The notes beneath the pieces were generated by a model. It saw nothing but the letters and a program-made list of their open reading frames with translations. It was not told the origin of the DNA and did no database searches. A stretch of 64,000 nucleotides of DNA from Nemertoderma westbladi (lineage: Eukaryota > Animalia > Xenacoelomorpha), in assembly GCA_032718475.1 (NCBI GenBank), contig JAUCBJ010006703.1, forward strand, positions 46,875 to 110,874. The letters run 5' to 3'. Positions 1 to 15,000 of the stretch are shown piece after piece (the first letter of the stretch is position 1; every line of letters starts with the position of its first letter). Position numbers and translations under genes: made by a program.

Positions 1-3000
1 AGTGGGAGGTATGGGGGGATCTGTGGACGATGTGGGAGACGAAGTGGGAGGTATGGTGGGATCTGTGGACGATGTGGGAGACGGAGTGGGAGTTATGGTA
101 GGATCTGTGGACGATGTGGGAGACAGAGTGGGAGGTATGGTGGGATCTGTGGACGATGTGGGAGACGGAGTGGGAGGTATGGGGGGATCTGTGGACGATG
201 TGGGAGACGGAGTGGAAGGTATGGTGGGATCTGTGGACGATGTGGGAGACGAAGTGGGAGGTATGGTGGGATCTGTGGACGATGTGGGAGACGGAGTGGG
301 AGTTATGGTGGGATCTGTGGACGGATGTGGGAGACGGAGTGGGAGGTATGGTGGGATCTGTGGACGATGTGGGAGACGAAGTGGGAGGTATGGGGGGATC
401 TGTGGACGATGTGGGAGACGAAGTGGGAGGTATGGTGGGTTCTGTGGACGATGTGGGAGACGGAGTGGGAGGTATGGGGGGATCTGTGGACGATGTGGGA
501 GACGAAGTGGGAGGTATGGTGGGATCTGTGGACGATGTGGGAAATGGAGTGGGAGGTATGGGGGGATCTGTGGACGATGTGGGAGACGAAGTGGGAGGTA
601 TGGTGGGATCTGTGGACGATGTGGGAGACGGAGTGGGAGTTATGGTGGGATCTGTGGACGATGTGGGAGACGGAGTGGGAGGTATGGTGGGATCTGTGGA
701 GGATGTGGGAGACGGAGTGGGAGGTATGGTGGGATCTGTGGACGATGTGGGAGACGAAGTGGGAGGTATGGTGGGATCTGTGGTCGATTTGGGAGACGGA
801 GTGGGAGGTATGGTGGGATCTGTGGACGATGTGGGAGACGGAGTGGGAGGTATGGTGGGATCTGTGGACGATGTGGGAGACGAAGTGGGAGGTATGGTGG
901 GATCTGTGGACGATGTGGGAGACGGAGTGGGAGGTATGGTGGGATCTGTGGACGATGTGGGAGACGAAGTGGGAGGTATGGTGGGATCTGTGGACGATGT
1001 GGGAGACGGAGTGGGAGGTATGGTGGGATCTGTGGACGATGTGGGAGACGAAGTGGGAGGTATGGTGGGATCTGTGGACGATGTGGGAGACGGAGTGGGA
1101 GGTATGGTGGGATCTGTGGACGATGTGGGAGACGAAGTGGGAGGTATGGTGGGATCTGTGGACGATGTGGGAGACGGAGTGGGAGTTATGGTGGGATCTG
1201 TGGACGATGTGGGAGACGGAGTGGGAGGTATGGTGGGATCTGTGGACGATGTGGGAGACGGAGTGGGAGGTATGGGGGGATCTGTGGACGATGTGGGAGA
1301 CGAAGTGGGAGGTATGGTGGGATCTGTGGACGATGTGGGAGACGGAGTGGGAGGTATGGTGGGATCTGTGGACGATGTGGGAGACGGAGTGGGAGGTATG
1401 GTGGGATCTGTGGACGATGTGGGAGACGGAGTGGGAGGTATGGGGGGATCTGTGGACGATGTGGGAGACGAAGTGGGAGGTATGGTGGGATCTGTGGACG
1501 ATGTGGGAGACGGAGTGGGAGGTATGGTGGGATCTGTGGACGATGTGGGAGACGGAGTGGGAGGTATGGGGGGATCTGTGGGAGACGGAGTGGGAGGTAT
1601 GGGGGGATCTGTGGACGATGTGGGAGACGAAGTGGGAGGTATGGGGGGATCTGTGGACGATGTGGAAGACGAAGTGGGAGGTATGGGGGGGATCTGTGGA
1701 CGATGTGGGAGACGGAGTGGGAGTTATGGTGGGATCTGTGGACGATGTGGGAGACGGAGTGGGAGTTATGGTGGGATCTGTGGACGATGTGGGAGACGGA
1801 GTGGGAGGTATGGTGGGATCTGTGGACGATGTGGGAGACGGAGTGGGAGGTATGGTGGGATCTGTGGACGATGTGGGAGACGAAGTGGGAGGTATGGTGG
1901 GATCTGTGGACGATGTGGGAGACGGAGTGGGAGTTATGGTGGTATCTGTGGACGATGTGGGAGACGGAGTGGGAGGTATGGTGGGATCTGTGGACGATGT
2001 GGGAGACGGAGTGGGAGGTATGGGGGGATCTGTGGACGATGTGGGAGACGAAGTGGGAGGTATGGTGGGATCTGTGGACGATGTGGGAGACGGAGTGGGA
2101 GGTATGGTGGGATCTGTGGACGATGTGGGAGACGTAGTGGGAGGTATGGTGGGATCTGTGGACGATGTGGGAGACGGAGTGGGAGGTATGGGGGGATCTG
2201 TGGACGATGTGGGAGACGGAGTGGGAGGTATGGTGGGATCTGTGGACGATGTGGGAGACGGAGTGGGAGGTATGGTGGGATCTGTGGACGATGTGGGAGA
2301 CGGAGTGGGAGGTATGGTGGGATCTGTGGACGATGTGGGAGACGAAGTGGGAGGTATGGTGGGATCTGTGGACGATGTGGGAGACGGAGTGGGAGGTATG
2401 GGGGGATCTGTGGACGATGTGGGAGACGGAGTGGGAGGTGTGGTGGGATCTGTGGACGATGTGGGAGACGGAGTGGGAGGTATGGGGGGATCTGTGGACG
2501 ATGTGGGAGACGGAGTGGGAGGTATGGTGGGATCTGTAGACGATGTGGGAGACGGAGTGGGAGGTATGGTGGGATCTGTGGACGATGTGGGAGACGAAGT
2601 GGGAGGTATGGTGGGATCTGTGGACGATGTGGGAGATGGAGTGGGAGGTATGGTGGGATCTGTGGGAGACGGAGTGGGAGGTATGGGGGGATCTGTGGGA
2701 GACGGAGTGGGAGGTATGGTGGGATCTGTGGACGATGTGGGAGACGAAGTGGGAGGTATGGTGGGATCTGTGGACGATGTGGGAGACGGAGTGGGAGGTA
2801 TGGTGGGATCTGTGGACGATGTGGGAGACGTAGTGGGAGGTATGGTGGGATCTGTGGACGATGTGGGAGACGAAGTGGGAGGTATGGTGGGATCTGTGGA
2901 CGATGTGGGAGACGGAGTGGGAGGTATGGTGGGATCTGTGGACGATGTGGGAGACGGAGTGGGAGTTATGGTGGGATCTGTGGACGATGTGGGAGACGGA

Positions 3001-6000
3001 GTGGGAGGTATGGGGGGATCTGTGGGAGACGGAGTGGGAGGTATGGGGGGATCTGTGGGAGACGGAGTGGGAGGTATGGGGGGATCTGTGGGAGACGGAG
3101 TGGGAGGTATGGGGGGATCTGTGGACGATGTGGGAGACGAAGTGGGAGGTATGGGGGGATCTGTGGACGATGTGGAAGACGAAGTGGGAGGTATGGGGGG
3201 ATCTGTGGACGATGTGGGAGACGGAGTGGGAGTTATGGTGGGATCTGTGGACGATGTGGGAGACGGAGTGGGAGTTATGGTGGGATCTGTGGACGATGTG
3301 GGAGACGGAGTGGGAGGTATGGTGGGATCTGTGGACGATGTGGGAGACGCGGAGTGGGAGGTATGGTGGGATCTGTGGACGATGTGGGAGACGGAGTGGG
3401 AGGTATGGTGGGATCTGTGGACGATGTGGGAGACGAAGTGGGAGGTATGGTGGGATCTGTGGACGATGTGGGAGACGGAGTGGGAGGTATGGTGGGATCT
3501 GTGGACGATGTGGGAGACGAAGTGGGAGGTATGGTGGGATCTGTGGACGATGTGGGAGACGAAGTGAGAGGTATGGTGGGATCTGTGGACGATGTGGGAG
3601 ACGGAGTGGGAGGTATGGTGGGATCTGTGGACGATGTGGGAGACGAAGTGGGAGGTATGGTGGGATCTGTGGACGATGTGGGAGATGGAGTGGGAGGTAT
3701 GGTGGGATCTGTGGACGATGTGGGAGACGAAGTGGGAGGTATGGTGGGATCTGCGGACGATGTGGGAGACGGAGTGGGAGTTATGGTGGGATCTGTGGAC
3801 GATGTGGGAGACGGAGTGGGAGGTATGGTGGGATCTGTGGACGATGTGGGAGACGGAGTGGGAGGTATGGGGGGATCTGTGGACGATGTGGGAGACGAAG
3901 TGGGAAGTATGGTGGGATCTGTGGACGATGTGGGAGACGGAGTGGGAGGTATGGTGGGATCTGTGGACGATGTGGGAGACGTAGTGGGAGGTATGGTGGG
4001 ATCTATGGACGATGTGGGAGACGGAGTGGGAGGTATGGGGGGATCTGTGGACGATGTGGGAGACGGAGTGGGAGGTATGGTGGGATCTGTGGACGATGTG
4101 GGAGACGGAGTGGGAGGTATGGTGGGATCTGTGGACGATGTGGGAGATGGAGTGGGAGGTATGGTGGGATCTGTGGACGATGTGGGAGACGAAGTGGGAG
4201 GTATGGTGGGATCTGTGGACGATGTGGGAGACGGAGTGGGAGGTATGGGGGGATCTGTGGACGATGTGGGAGACGGAGTGGGAGGTATGGTGGGATCTGT
4301 GGACGATGTGGGAGACGGAGTGGGAGGTATGGGGGGATCTGTGGACGATGTGGGAGACGGAGTGGGAGGTATGGTGGGATCTGTGGACGATGTGGGAGAC
4401 GGAGTGGGAGGTATGGTGGGATCTGTGGACGATGTGGGAGACGAAGTGGGAGGTATGGTGGGATCTGTGGACGATGTGGGAGATGGAGTGGGAGGTATGG
4501 TGGGATCTGTGGGAGACGGAGTGGGAGGTATGGGGGGATCTGTGGGAGACGGAGTGGGAGGTATGGTGGGATCTGTGGACGATGTGGGAGACGGAGTGGG
4601 AGTTATGGTGGGATCTGTGGTGTGGAGGGTGTGGGAGTGGGAGACGGAGTGGGAAGTACAGGAGGATCTGTGGAGGTGTGGGAGACGGAGTGGGAAGTAC
4701 AAGAGGATCTGTGGAGGGTGTGGGAGACGGAGTGGGAAATACAGGAGGATCTGTGGAGGATGTGGGAAACGGAGTGGGAAGCTCAGCAGGATCTGTGAAG
4801 GGTTTGGAGACGGAGTGGGAAGTAGAAGAGGATCTGTGGAGGGTGTGGGAGACGGAGTGGGAGGTATGGGGGGGATCTGTGGAGGGTGTGGGAGTCGGAG
4901 TGGGAGGTATGGGGGGATCTGTGGTTCGGAGGGTGTGGGAGACGGAGTGGGAAGTACAGGAGGGATCCGTGGATGAAGTACAGGAAGGTCTGTGGAGGGT
5001 GTGGGAGACGGAGTGGGAGGTATGGGGGGGATCTGTGGAGGGTGTGGGAGTCGGAGTGGGAGGTATGGGGGAATCTGTGGTTTGGAGGGTGTGGGAGACG
5101 GAGTGGGAAGTACAGGAGGGATCCGTGGATGAAGTACAGGAAGGTCTGTGGAGGGTGTGGGAGACGGTGACGGAAGTACAGGCGGATCTGCGGAGGGTGT
5201 GGGAGACGGAGTGGGAGGTATGGGGGGATCTGTGGAGGGTGTGGGAGACGGAGTGGGAGGTATGGGGGGGATCTGTGGAGGGTGTGGGAGTCGGAGTGGG
5301 ATGTATGGGGGGATCTGTGGTTCGGAGGGTGTGGGAGACGGAGTGGGAAGTACAGGAGGGATTCGTGGATGAAGTACAGGAAGGTCTGTGGAGGGTGTGG
5401 GAGACGGAGTGGGAGGTATGGGGGGGATCTGTGGAGGGTGTGGGAGTCGGAGTGGGAGGTATGGGGGAATCTGTGGTTTGGAGGGTGTGGGAGACGGAGT
5501 GGGAAGTACAGGAGGGATCCGTGGATGAAGTACAGGAAGGTCTGTGGAGGGTGTGGGAGATGGTGACGGAAGTACAGGCGGATCTGCGGAGGGTGTGGGA
5601 GATGGAGTAGGAGGTATGGTGGGATCTGTGGACGATGTGGGAGACGGAGTGGGAGATATGGTGGGATCTGTGGACGATGTGGGAGACGGAGTGGGAGGTA
5701 TGGGGGGATCTGTGGACGATGTGGGAGACGAAGTGGGAGGTATGGTGGGATCTGTGGACGATGTGGGAGACGGAGTGGGAGGTATGGTGGGATCGGTGGA
5801 CGATGTGGGAGACGTAGTGGGAGGTATGGTGGGATCTGTGGACGATGTGGGAGACGGAGTGGGAGGTATGGGGGATCTGTGGACGATGTGGGAGACGGAG
5901 TGGGAGGTATGGTGGGATCTGTGGACGATGTGGGAGACGGAGTGGGAGGTATGGTGGGATCTGTGGACGATGTGGGAGACGAAGTGGGAGGTATGGGGGT

Positions 6001-9000
6001 ATCTGTGGACGATGTGGGAGACGGAGTGGGAGGTATGGTGGGATCTGTGGACGATGTGGGAGACGAAGTGGGAGGTATGGTGGGATCTGTGGACGATGTG
6101 GGAGACGGAGTGGGAGTTATGGTGGGATCTGTGGACGATGTGGGAGACGGAGTGGGAGGTATGGTGGGATCTGTGGACGATGTGGGAGACGAAGTGGGAG
6201 GTATGGGGGGATCTGTGGACGATGTGGGAGACGAAGTGGGAGGTATGGTGGGATCTGTGGACGATGTGGGAGACGGAGTGGGAGGTATGGTGGGATCTGT
6301 GGACGATGTGGGAGACGGAGTGGGAGGTATGGTGGGATCTGTGGACGATGTGGGAGACGAAGTGGGAGGTATGGTGGGATCTGTGGACGATGTGGGAGAC
6401 GGAGTGGGAGTTATGGTGGGATCTGTGGACGATATGGGAGACGGAGTGGGAGGTATGGTGGGATCTGTGGACGATGTGGGAGACGGAGTGGGAGGTATGG
6501 TGGGATCTGTGGACGATGTGGGAGACGGAGTGGGAGGTATGGTGGGATCTGTGGACGATGTGGGAGACGAAGTGGGAGGTATGGTGGGATCTGTGGACGA
6601 TGTGGGAGACGGAGTGGGAGGTATGGTGGGATCTGTGGACGATGTGGGAGACGAAGTGGGAGGTATGGTGGGATCTGTGGACGATGTGGGAGACGGAGTG
6701 GGAGGTATGGTGGGATCTGTGGACGATGTGGGAGACGGAGTGGGAGGTATGGTGGGATCTTTGGACGATGTGGGAGACGGAGTGGGAGTTATGGTGGGAT
6801 CTGTGGTGTGGAGGGTGTGGGAGTGGGAGACGGAGTGGGAAGTACAGGAGGATCTGTGGAGGTGTGGGAGACGGAGTGGGAAGTACAAGAGGATCTGTGG
6901 AGGGTGTGGGAGACGGAGTGGGAAATACAGGAGGATCTGTGGAGGATGTGGGAAACGGAGTGGGAAGCTCAGCAGGATCTGTGAAGGGTTTGGAGACGGA
7001 GTGGGAAGTAGAAGAGGATCTGTGGAGGGTGTGGGAGACGGAGTGGGAAGCTCAGCAGGATCTGTGAAGGGTTTGGAGACGGAGTGGGAAGTAGAAGAGG
7101 ATCTGTGGAGGGTGTGGGAGACGGAGTGGGAGGTATGGGGGGGATCTGTGGAGGGTGTGGGAGTCGGAGTGGGAGGTATGGGGGGATCTGTGGTTCGGAG
7201 GGTGTGGGAGACGGAGTGGGAAGTACAGGAGGGATCCGTGGATGAAGTACAGGAAGGTCTGTGGAGGGTGTGGGAGACGGAGTGGGAGGTATGGGGGGGA
7301 TCTGTGGAGGGTGTGGGAGTCGGAGTGGGAGGTATGGGGGAATCTGTGGTTTGGAGGGTGTGGGAGACGGAGTGGGAAGTACAGGAGGGATCCGTGGATG
7401 AAGTACAGGAAGGTCTGTGGAGGGTGTGGGAGACGGTGACGGAAGTACAGGCGGATCTGCGGAGGGTGTGGGAGACGGAGTGGGAGGTATGGGGGGATCT
7501 GTGGAGGGTGTGGGAGACGGAGTGGGAGGTATGGGGGGGATCTGTGGAGGGTGTGGGAGTCGGAGTGGGATGTATGGGGGGATCTGTGGTTCGGAGGGTG
7601 TGGGAGACGGAGTGGGAAGTACAGGAGGGATTCGTGGATGAAGTACAGGAAGGTCTGTGGAGGGTGTGGGAGACGGAGTGGGAGGTATGGGGGGGATCTG
7701 TGGAGGGTGTGGGAGTCGGAGTGGGAGGTATGGGGGAATCTGTGGTTTGGAGGGTGTGGGAGACGGAGTGGGAAGTACAGGAGGGATCCGTGGATGAAGT
7801 ACAGGAAGGTCTGTGGAGGGTGTGGGAGATGGTGACGGAAGTACAGGCGGATCTGCGGAGGGTGTGGGAGATGGAGTAGGAGGTATGGTGGGATCTGTGG
7901 ACGATGTGGGAGACGGAGTGGGAGATATGGTGGGATCTGTGGACGATGTGGGAGACGGAGTGGGAGGTATGGGGGGATCTGTGGACGATGTGGGAGACGA
8001 AGTGGGAGGTATGGTGGGATCTGTGGACGATGTGGGAGACGGAGTGGGAGGTATGGTGGGATCGGTGGACGATGTGGGAGACGTAGTGGGAGGTATAGTG
8101 GGATCTGTGGACGATGTGGGAGACGGAGTGGGAGGTATGGGGGATCTGTGGACGATGTGGGAGACGGAGTGGGAGGTATGGTGGGATCTGTGGACGATGT
8201 GGGAGACGGAGTGGGAGGTATGGTGGGATCTGTGGACGATGTGGGAGACGAAGTGGGAGGTATGGGGGTATCTGTGGACGATGTGGGAGACGGAGTGGGA
8301 GGTATGGTGGGATCTGTGGACGATGTGGGAGACGAAGTGGGAGGTATGGTGGGATCTGTGGACGATGTGGGAGACGGAGTGGGAGTTATGGTGGGATCTG
8401 TGGACGATGTGGGAGACGGAGTGGGAGGTATGGTGGGATCTGTGGACGATGTGGGAGACGAAGTGGGAGGTATGGGGGGATCTGTGGACGATGTGGGAGA
8501 CGAAGTGGGAGGTATGGTGGGATCTGTGGACGATGTGGGAGACGGAGTGGGAGGTATGGTGGGATCTGTGGACGATGTGGGAGACGGAGTGGGAGGTATG
8601 GTGGGATCTGTGGACGATGTGGGAGACGAAGTGGGAGGTATGGTGGGATCTGTGGACGATGTGGGAGACGGAGTGGGAGTTATGGTGGGATCTGTGGACG
8701 ATATGGGAGACGGAGTGGGAGGTATGGTGGGATCTGTGGACGATGTGGGAGACGGAGTGGGAGGTATGGTGGGATCTGTGGACGATGTGGGAGACGGAGT
8801 GGGAGGTATGGTGGGATCTGTGGACGATGTGGGAGACGAAGTGGGAGGTATGGTGGGATCTGTGGACGATGTGGGAGACGGAGTGGGAGGTATGGTGGGA
8901 TCTGTGGACGATGTGGGAGACGAAGTGGGAGGTATGGTGGGATCTGTGGACGATGTGGGAGACGGAGTGGGAGGTATGGTGGGATCTGTGGACGATGTGG

Positions 9001-12000
9001 GAGACGGAGTGGGAGGTATGGTGGGATCTGTGGACGATGTGGGAGACGGAGTGGGAGTTATGGTGGGATCTGTGGTGTGGAGGGTGTGGGAGTGGGAGAC
9101 GGAGTGGGAAGTACAGGAGGATCTGTGGAGGTGTGGGAGACGGAGTGGGAAGTACAAGAGGATCTGTGGAGGGTGTGGGAGACGGAGTGGGAAATACAGG
9201 AGGATCTGTGGAGGATGTGGGAAACGGAGTGGGAAGCTCAGCAGGATCTGTGAAGGGTTTGGAGACGGAGTGGGAAGTAGAAGAGGATCTGTGGAGGGTG
9301 TGGGAGACGGAGTGGGAGGTATGGGGGGGATCTGTGGAGGGTGTGGGAGTCGGAGTGGGAGGTATGGGGGGATCTGTGGTTCGGAGGGTGTGGGAGACGG
9401 AGTGGGAAGTACAGGAGGGATCCGTGGATGAAGTACAGGAAGGTCTGTGGAGGGTGTGGGAGACGGAGTGGGAGGTATGGGGGGGATCTGTGGAGGGTGT
9501 GGGAGTCGGAGTGGGAGGTATGGGGGAATCTGTGGTTTGGAGGGTGTGGGAGACGGAGTGGGAAGTACAGGAGGGATCCGTGGATGAAGTACAGGAAGGT
9601 CTGTGGAGGGTGTGGGAGACAGTGACGGAAGTACAGGCGGATCTGCGGAGGGTGTGGGAGACGGAGTGGGAGGTATGGGGGGATCTGTGGAGGGTGTGGG
9701 AGACGGAGTGGGAGGTATGGGGGGGATCTGTGGAGGGTGTGGGAGTCGGAGTGGGAGGTATGGGGGGATCTGTGGTTCGGAGGGTGTGGGAGACGGAGTG
9801 GGAAGTACAGGAGGGATTCGTGGATGAAGTACAGGAAGGTCTGTGGAGGGTGTGGGAGACGGAGTGGGAGGTATGGGGGGGATCTGTGGAGGGTGTGGGA
9901 GTCGGAGTGGGAGGTATGGGGGAATCTGTGGTTTGGAGGGTGTGGGAGACGGAGTGGGAAGTACAGGAGGGATCCGTGGATGAAGTACAGGAAGGTCTGT
10001 GGAGGGTGTGGGAGACGGTGACGGAAGTACAGGCGGATCTGCGGAGGGTGTGGGAGATGGAGTAGGAGGTATGGTGGGATCTGTGGACGATGTGGGAGAC
10101 GGAGTGGGAGATATGGTGGGATCTGTGGACGATGTGGGAGACGGAGTGGGAGGTATGGTGGGATCTGTGGACGATGTGGGAGACGGAGTGGGAGGTATGG
10201 TGGGATCGGTGGACGATGTGGGAGACGTAGTGGGAGGTATGGTGGGATCTGTGGACGATGTGGGAGACGGAGTGGGAGGTATGGGGGATCTGTGGACGAT
10301 GTGGGAGACGGAGTGGGAGGTATGGTGGGATCTGTGGACGATGTGGGAGACGGAGTGGGAGGTATGGTGGGATCTGTGGACGATGTGGGAGACGAAGTGG
10401 GAGGTATGGGGGATCTGTGGACGATGTGGGAGACGGAGTGGGAGGTATGGTGGGATCTGTGGACGATGTGGGAGACGAAGTGGGAGGTATGGTGGGATCT
10501 GTGGACGATGTGGGAGACGGAGTGGGAGTTATGGTGGGATCTGTGGACGATGTGGGAGACGGAGTGGGAGGTATGGTGGGATCTGTGGACGATGTGGGAG
10601 ACGAAGTGGGAGGTATGGGGGGATCTGTGGACGATGTGGGAGACGAAGTGGGAGGTATGGTGGGATCTGTGGACGATGTGGGAGACGGAGTGGGAGGTAT
10701 GGTGGGATCTGTGGACGATGTGGGAGACGGAGTGGGAGGTATGGTGGGATCTGTGGACGATGTGGGAGACGAAGTGGGAGGTATGGTGGGATCTGTGGAC
10801 GATGTGGGAGACGGAGTGGGAGTTATGGTGGGATCTGTGGACGATATGGGAGACGGAGTGGGAGGTATGGTGGGATCTGTGGACGATGTGGGAGACGGAG
10901 TGGGAGGTATGGTGGGATCTGTGGACGATGTGGGAGACGGAGTGGGAGGTATGGTGGGATCTGTGGACGATGTGGGAGACGAAGTGGGAGGTATGGTGGG
11001 ATCTGTGGACGATGTGGGAGACGGAGTGGGAGGTATGGTGGGATCTGTGGACGATGTGGGAGACGAAGTGGGAGGTATGGTGGGATCTGTGGACGATGTG
11101 GGAGACGGAGTGGGAGGTATGGTGGGATCTGTGGACGATGTGGGAGACGAAGTGGGAGGTATGGTGGGATCTGTGGACGATGTGGGAGACGGAGTGGGAG
11201 TTATGGTGGGATCTGTGGACGATGTGGGAGACGGAGTGGGAGGTATGGTGGGATCTGTGGACGATGTGGGAGACGGAGTGGGAGGTATGGGGGGATCTGT
11301 GGACGATGTGGGAGACGAAGTGGGAGGTATGGTGGGATCTGTGGACGATGTGGGAGACGGAGTGGGAGGTATGGTGGGATCTGTGGACGATGTGGGAGAC
11401 GTAGTGGGAGGTATGGTGGGATCTGTGGACGATGTGGGAGACGAAGTGGGAGGTATGGTGGGATCTGTGGACGATGTGGGAGACGGAGTGGGAGGTATGG
11501 TGGGATCTGTGGACGATGTGGGAGACGTAGTGGGAGGTATGGTGGGATCTGTGGACGATATGGGAGACGGAGTGGGAGGTATGGGGGGATCTGTGGACGA
11601 TGTGGGAGACGGAGTGGGAGGTATGGTGGGATCTGTGGACGATGTGGGAGACGGAGTGGGAGGTATGGGGGATCTGTGGACGATGTGGGAGACGGAGTGG
11701 GAGGTATGGTGGGATCTGTGGACGATGTGGGAGACGGAGTGGGAGGTATGGTGGGATCTGTGGACGATGTGGGAGACGAAGTGGGAGGTATGGTGGGATC
11801 TGTGGACGATGTGGGAGATGGAGTGGGAGGTATGGTGGGATCTGTGGGAGACGGAGTGGGAGGTATGGGGGGATCTGTGGGAGACGGAGTGGGAGGTATG
11901 GTGGGATCTGTGGACGATGTGGGAGACGAAGTGGGAGGTATGGTGGGATCTGTGGACGATGTGGGAGACGGAGTGGGAGGTATGGTGGGATCTGTGGACG

Positions 12001-15000
12001 ATGTGGGAGACGAAGTGGGAGGTATGGTGGGATCTGTGGACGATGTGGGAGACGGAGTGGGAGGTATGGGGGGATCTGTGGACGATGTGGGAGACGGAGT
12101 GGGAGGTATGGTGGGATCTGTGGACGATGTGGGAGACGGAGTGGGAGGTATGGTGGGATCTGTGGACGATGTGGGAGACGGAGTGGGAGGTATGGTGGGA
12201 TCTGTGGACGATGTGGGAGACGGAGTGGGAGGTATGGTGGGATCTGTGGACGATGTGGGAGACGAAGTGGGAGGTATGGTGGGATCTGTGGACGATGTGG
12301 GAGACGGAGTGGGAGTTATGGTGGGATCTGTGGACGATGTGGGAGACGGAGTGGGAGGTATGGTGGGATCTGTGGACGATGTGGGAGACGGAGTGGGAGG
12401 TATGGTGGGATCTGTGGACGATGTGGGAGACGGAGTGGGAGGTATGGGGGATCTGTGGACGATGTGGGAGACGGAGTGGGAGGTATGGTGGGATCTGTGG
12501 ACGATGTGGGAGACGGAGTGGGAGGTATGGTGGGATCTGTGGACGATGTGGGAGACGAAGTGGGAGGTATGGGGGATCTGTGGACGATGTGGGAGACGGA
12601 GTGGGAGGTATGGTGGGATCTGTGGACGATGTGGGAGACGAAGTGGGAGGTATGGTGGGATCTGTGGACGATGTGGGAGACGGAGTGGGAGTTATGGTGG
12701 GATCTGTGGACGATGTGGGAGACGGAGTGGGAGGTATGGTGGGATCTGTGGACGATGTGGGAGACGAAGTGGGAGGTATGGGGGGATCTGTGGACGATGT
12801 GGGAGACGAAGTGGGAGGTATGGTGGGATCTGTGGACGATGTGGGAGACGGAGTGGGAGGTATGGTGGGATCTGTGGACGATGTGGGAGACGGAGTGGGA
12901 GGTATGGTGGGATCTGTGGACGATGTGGGAGACGAAGTGGGAGGTATGGTGGGATCTGTGGACGATGTGGGAGACGGAGTGGGAGTTATGGTGGGATCTG
13001 TGGACGATGTGGGAGACGGAGTGGGAGGTATGGTGGGATCTGTGGACGATGTGGGAGACGGAGTGGGAGGTATGGTGGGATCTGTGGACGATGTGGGAGA
13101 CGGAGTGGGAGGTATGGTGGGATCTGTGGACGATGTGGGAGACGAAGTGGGAGGTATGGTGGGATCTGTGGACGATGTGGGAGACGGAGTGGGAGGTATG
13201 GTGGGATCTGTGGACGATGTGGGAGACGAGTGGGAGGTATGGTGGGATCTGTGGACGATGTGGGAGACGGAGTGGGAGGTATGGTGGGATCTGTGGACGA
13301 TGTGGGAGACGAAGTGGGAGGTATGGTGGGATCTGTGGACGATGTGGGAGACGGAGTGGGAGGTATGGTGGGATCTGTGGACGATGTGGGAGACGGAGTG
13401 GGAGGTATGGTGGGATCTGTGGACGATGTGGGAGACGGAGTGGGAGGTATGGGGGGATCTGTGGACGATGTGGGAGACGAAGTGGGAGGTATGGTGGGAT
13501 CTGTGGACGATGTGGGAGACGGAGTGGGAGGTATGGTGGGATCTGTGGACGATGTGGGAGACGTAGTGGGAGGTATGGTGGGATCTGTGGACGATGTGGG
13601 AGACGAAGTGGGAGGTATGGTGGGATCTGTGGACGATGTGGGAGACGGAGTGGGAGGTATGGTGGGATCTGTGGACGATGTGGGAGACGTAGTGGGAGGT
13701 ATGGTGGGATCTGTGGACGATATGGGAGACGGAGTGGGAGGTATGGGGGGATCTGTGGACGATGTGGGAGACGGAGTGGGAGGTATGGTGGGATCTGTGG
13801 ACGATGTGGGAGACGGAGTGGGAGGTATGGGGGATCTGTGGACGATGTGGGAGACGGAGTGGGAGGTATGGTGGGATCTGTGGACGATGTGGGAGACGGA
13901 GTGGGAGGTATGGTGGGATCTGTGGACGATGTGGGAGACGAAGTGGGAGGTATGGTGGGATCTGTGGACGATGTGGGAGATGGAGTGGGAGGTATGGTGG
14001 GATCTGTGGGAGACGGAGTGGGAGGTATGGGGGGATCTGTGGGAGACGGAGTGGGAGGTATGGTGGGATCTGTGGACGATGTGGGAGACGAAGTGGGAGG
14101 TATGGTGGGATCTGTGGACGATGTGGGAGACGGAGTGGGAGGTATGGTGGGATCTGTGGACGATGTGGGAGACGAAGTGGGAGGTATGGTGGGATCTGTG
14201 GACGATGTGGGAGACGGAGTGGGAGGTATGGGGGGATCTGTGGACGATGTGGGAGACGGAGTGGGAGGTATGGTGGGATCTGTGGACGATGTGGGAGACG
14301 GAGTGGGAGGTATGGTGGGATCTGTGGACGATGTGGGAGACGGAGTGGGAGGTATGGGGGGATCTGTGGACGATGTGGGAGACGGAGTGGGAGGTATGGT
14401 GGGATCTGTGGACGATGTGGGAGACGGAGTGGGAGGTATGGTGGGATCTGTGGACGATGTGGGAGACGGAGTGGGAGGTATGGTGGGATCTGTGGACGAT
14501 GTGGGAGACGGAGTGGGAGGTATGGTGGGATCTGTGGACGATGTGGGAGACGGAGTGGGAGGTATGGGGGGATCTGTGGACGATGTGGGAGACGAAGTGG
14601 GAGGTATGGTGGGATCTGTGGACGATGTGGGAGACGGAGTGGGAGGTATGGTGGGATCTGTGGACGATGTGGGAGACGGAGTGGGAGGTATGGGGGGATC
14701 TGTGGACGATGTGGGAGACGGAGTGGGAGGTATGGTGGGATCTGTGGACGATGTGGGAGACGGAGTGGGAGGTATGGTGGGATCTGTGGACGATGTGGGA
14801 GACGGAGTGGGAGGTATGGTGGGATCTGTGGACGATGTGGGAGACGGAGTGGGAGGTATGGTGGGATCTGTGGACGATGTGGGAGACGGAGTGGGAGGTA
14901 TGGTGGGATCTGTGGACGATGTGGGAGACGAAGTGGGAGGTATGGTGGGATCTGTGGACGATGTGGGAGACGGAGTGGGAGGTATGGTGGGATCTGTGGA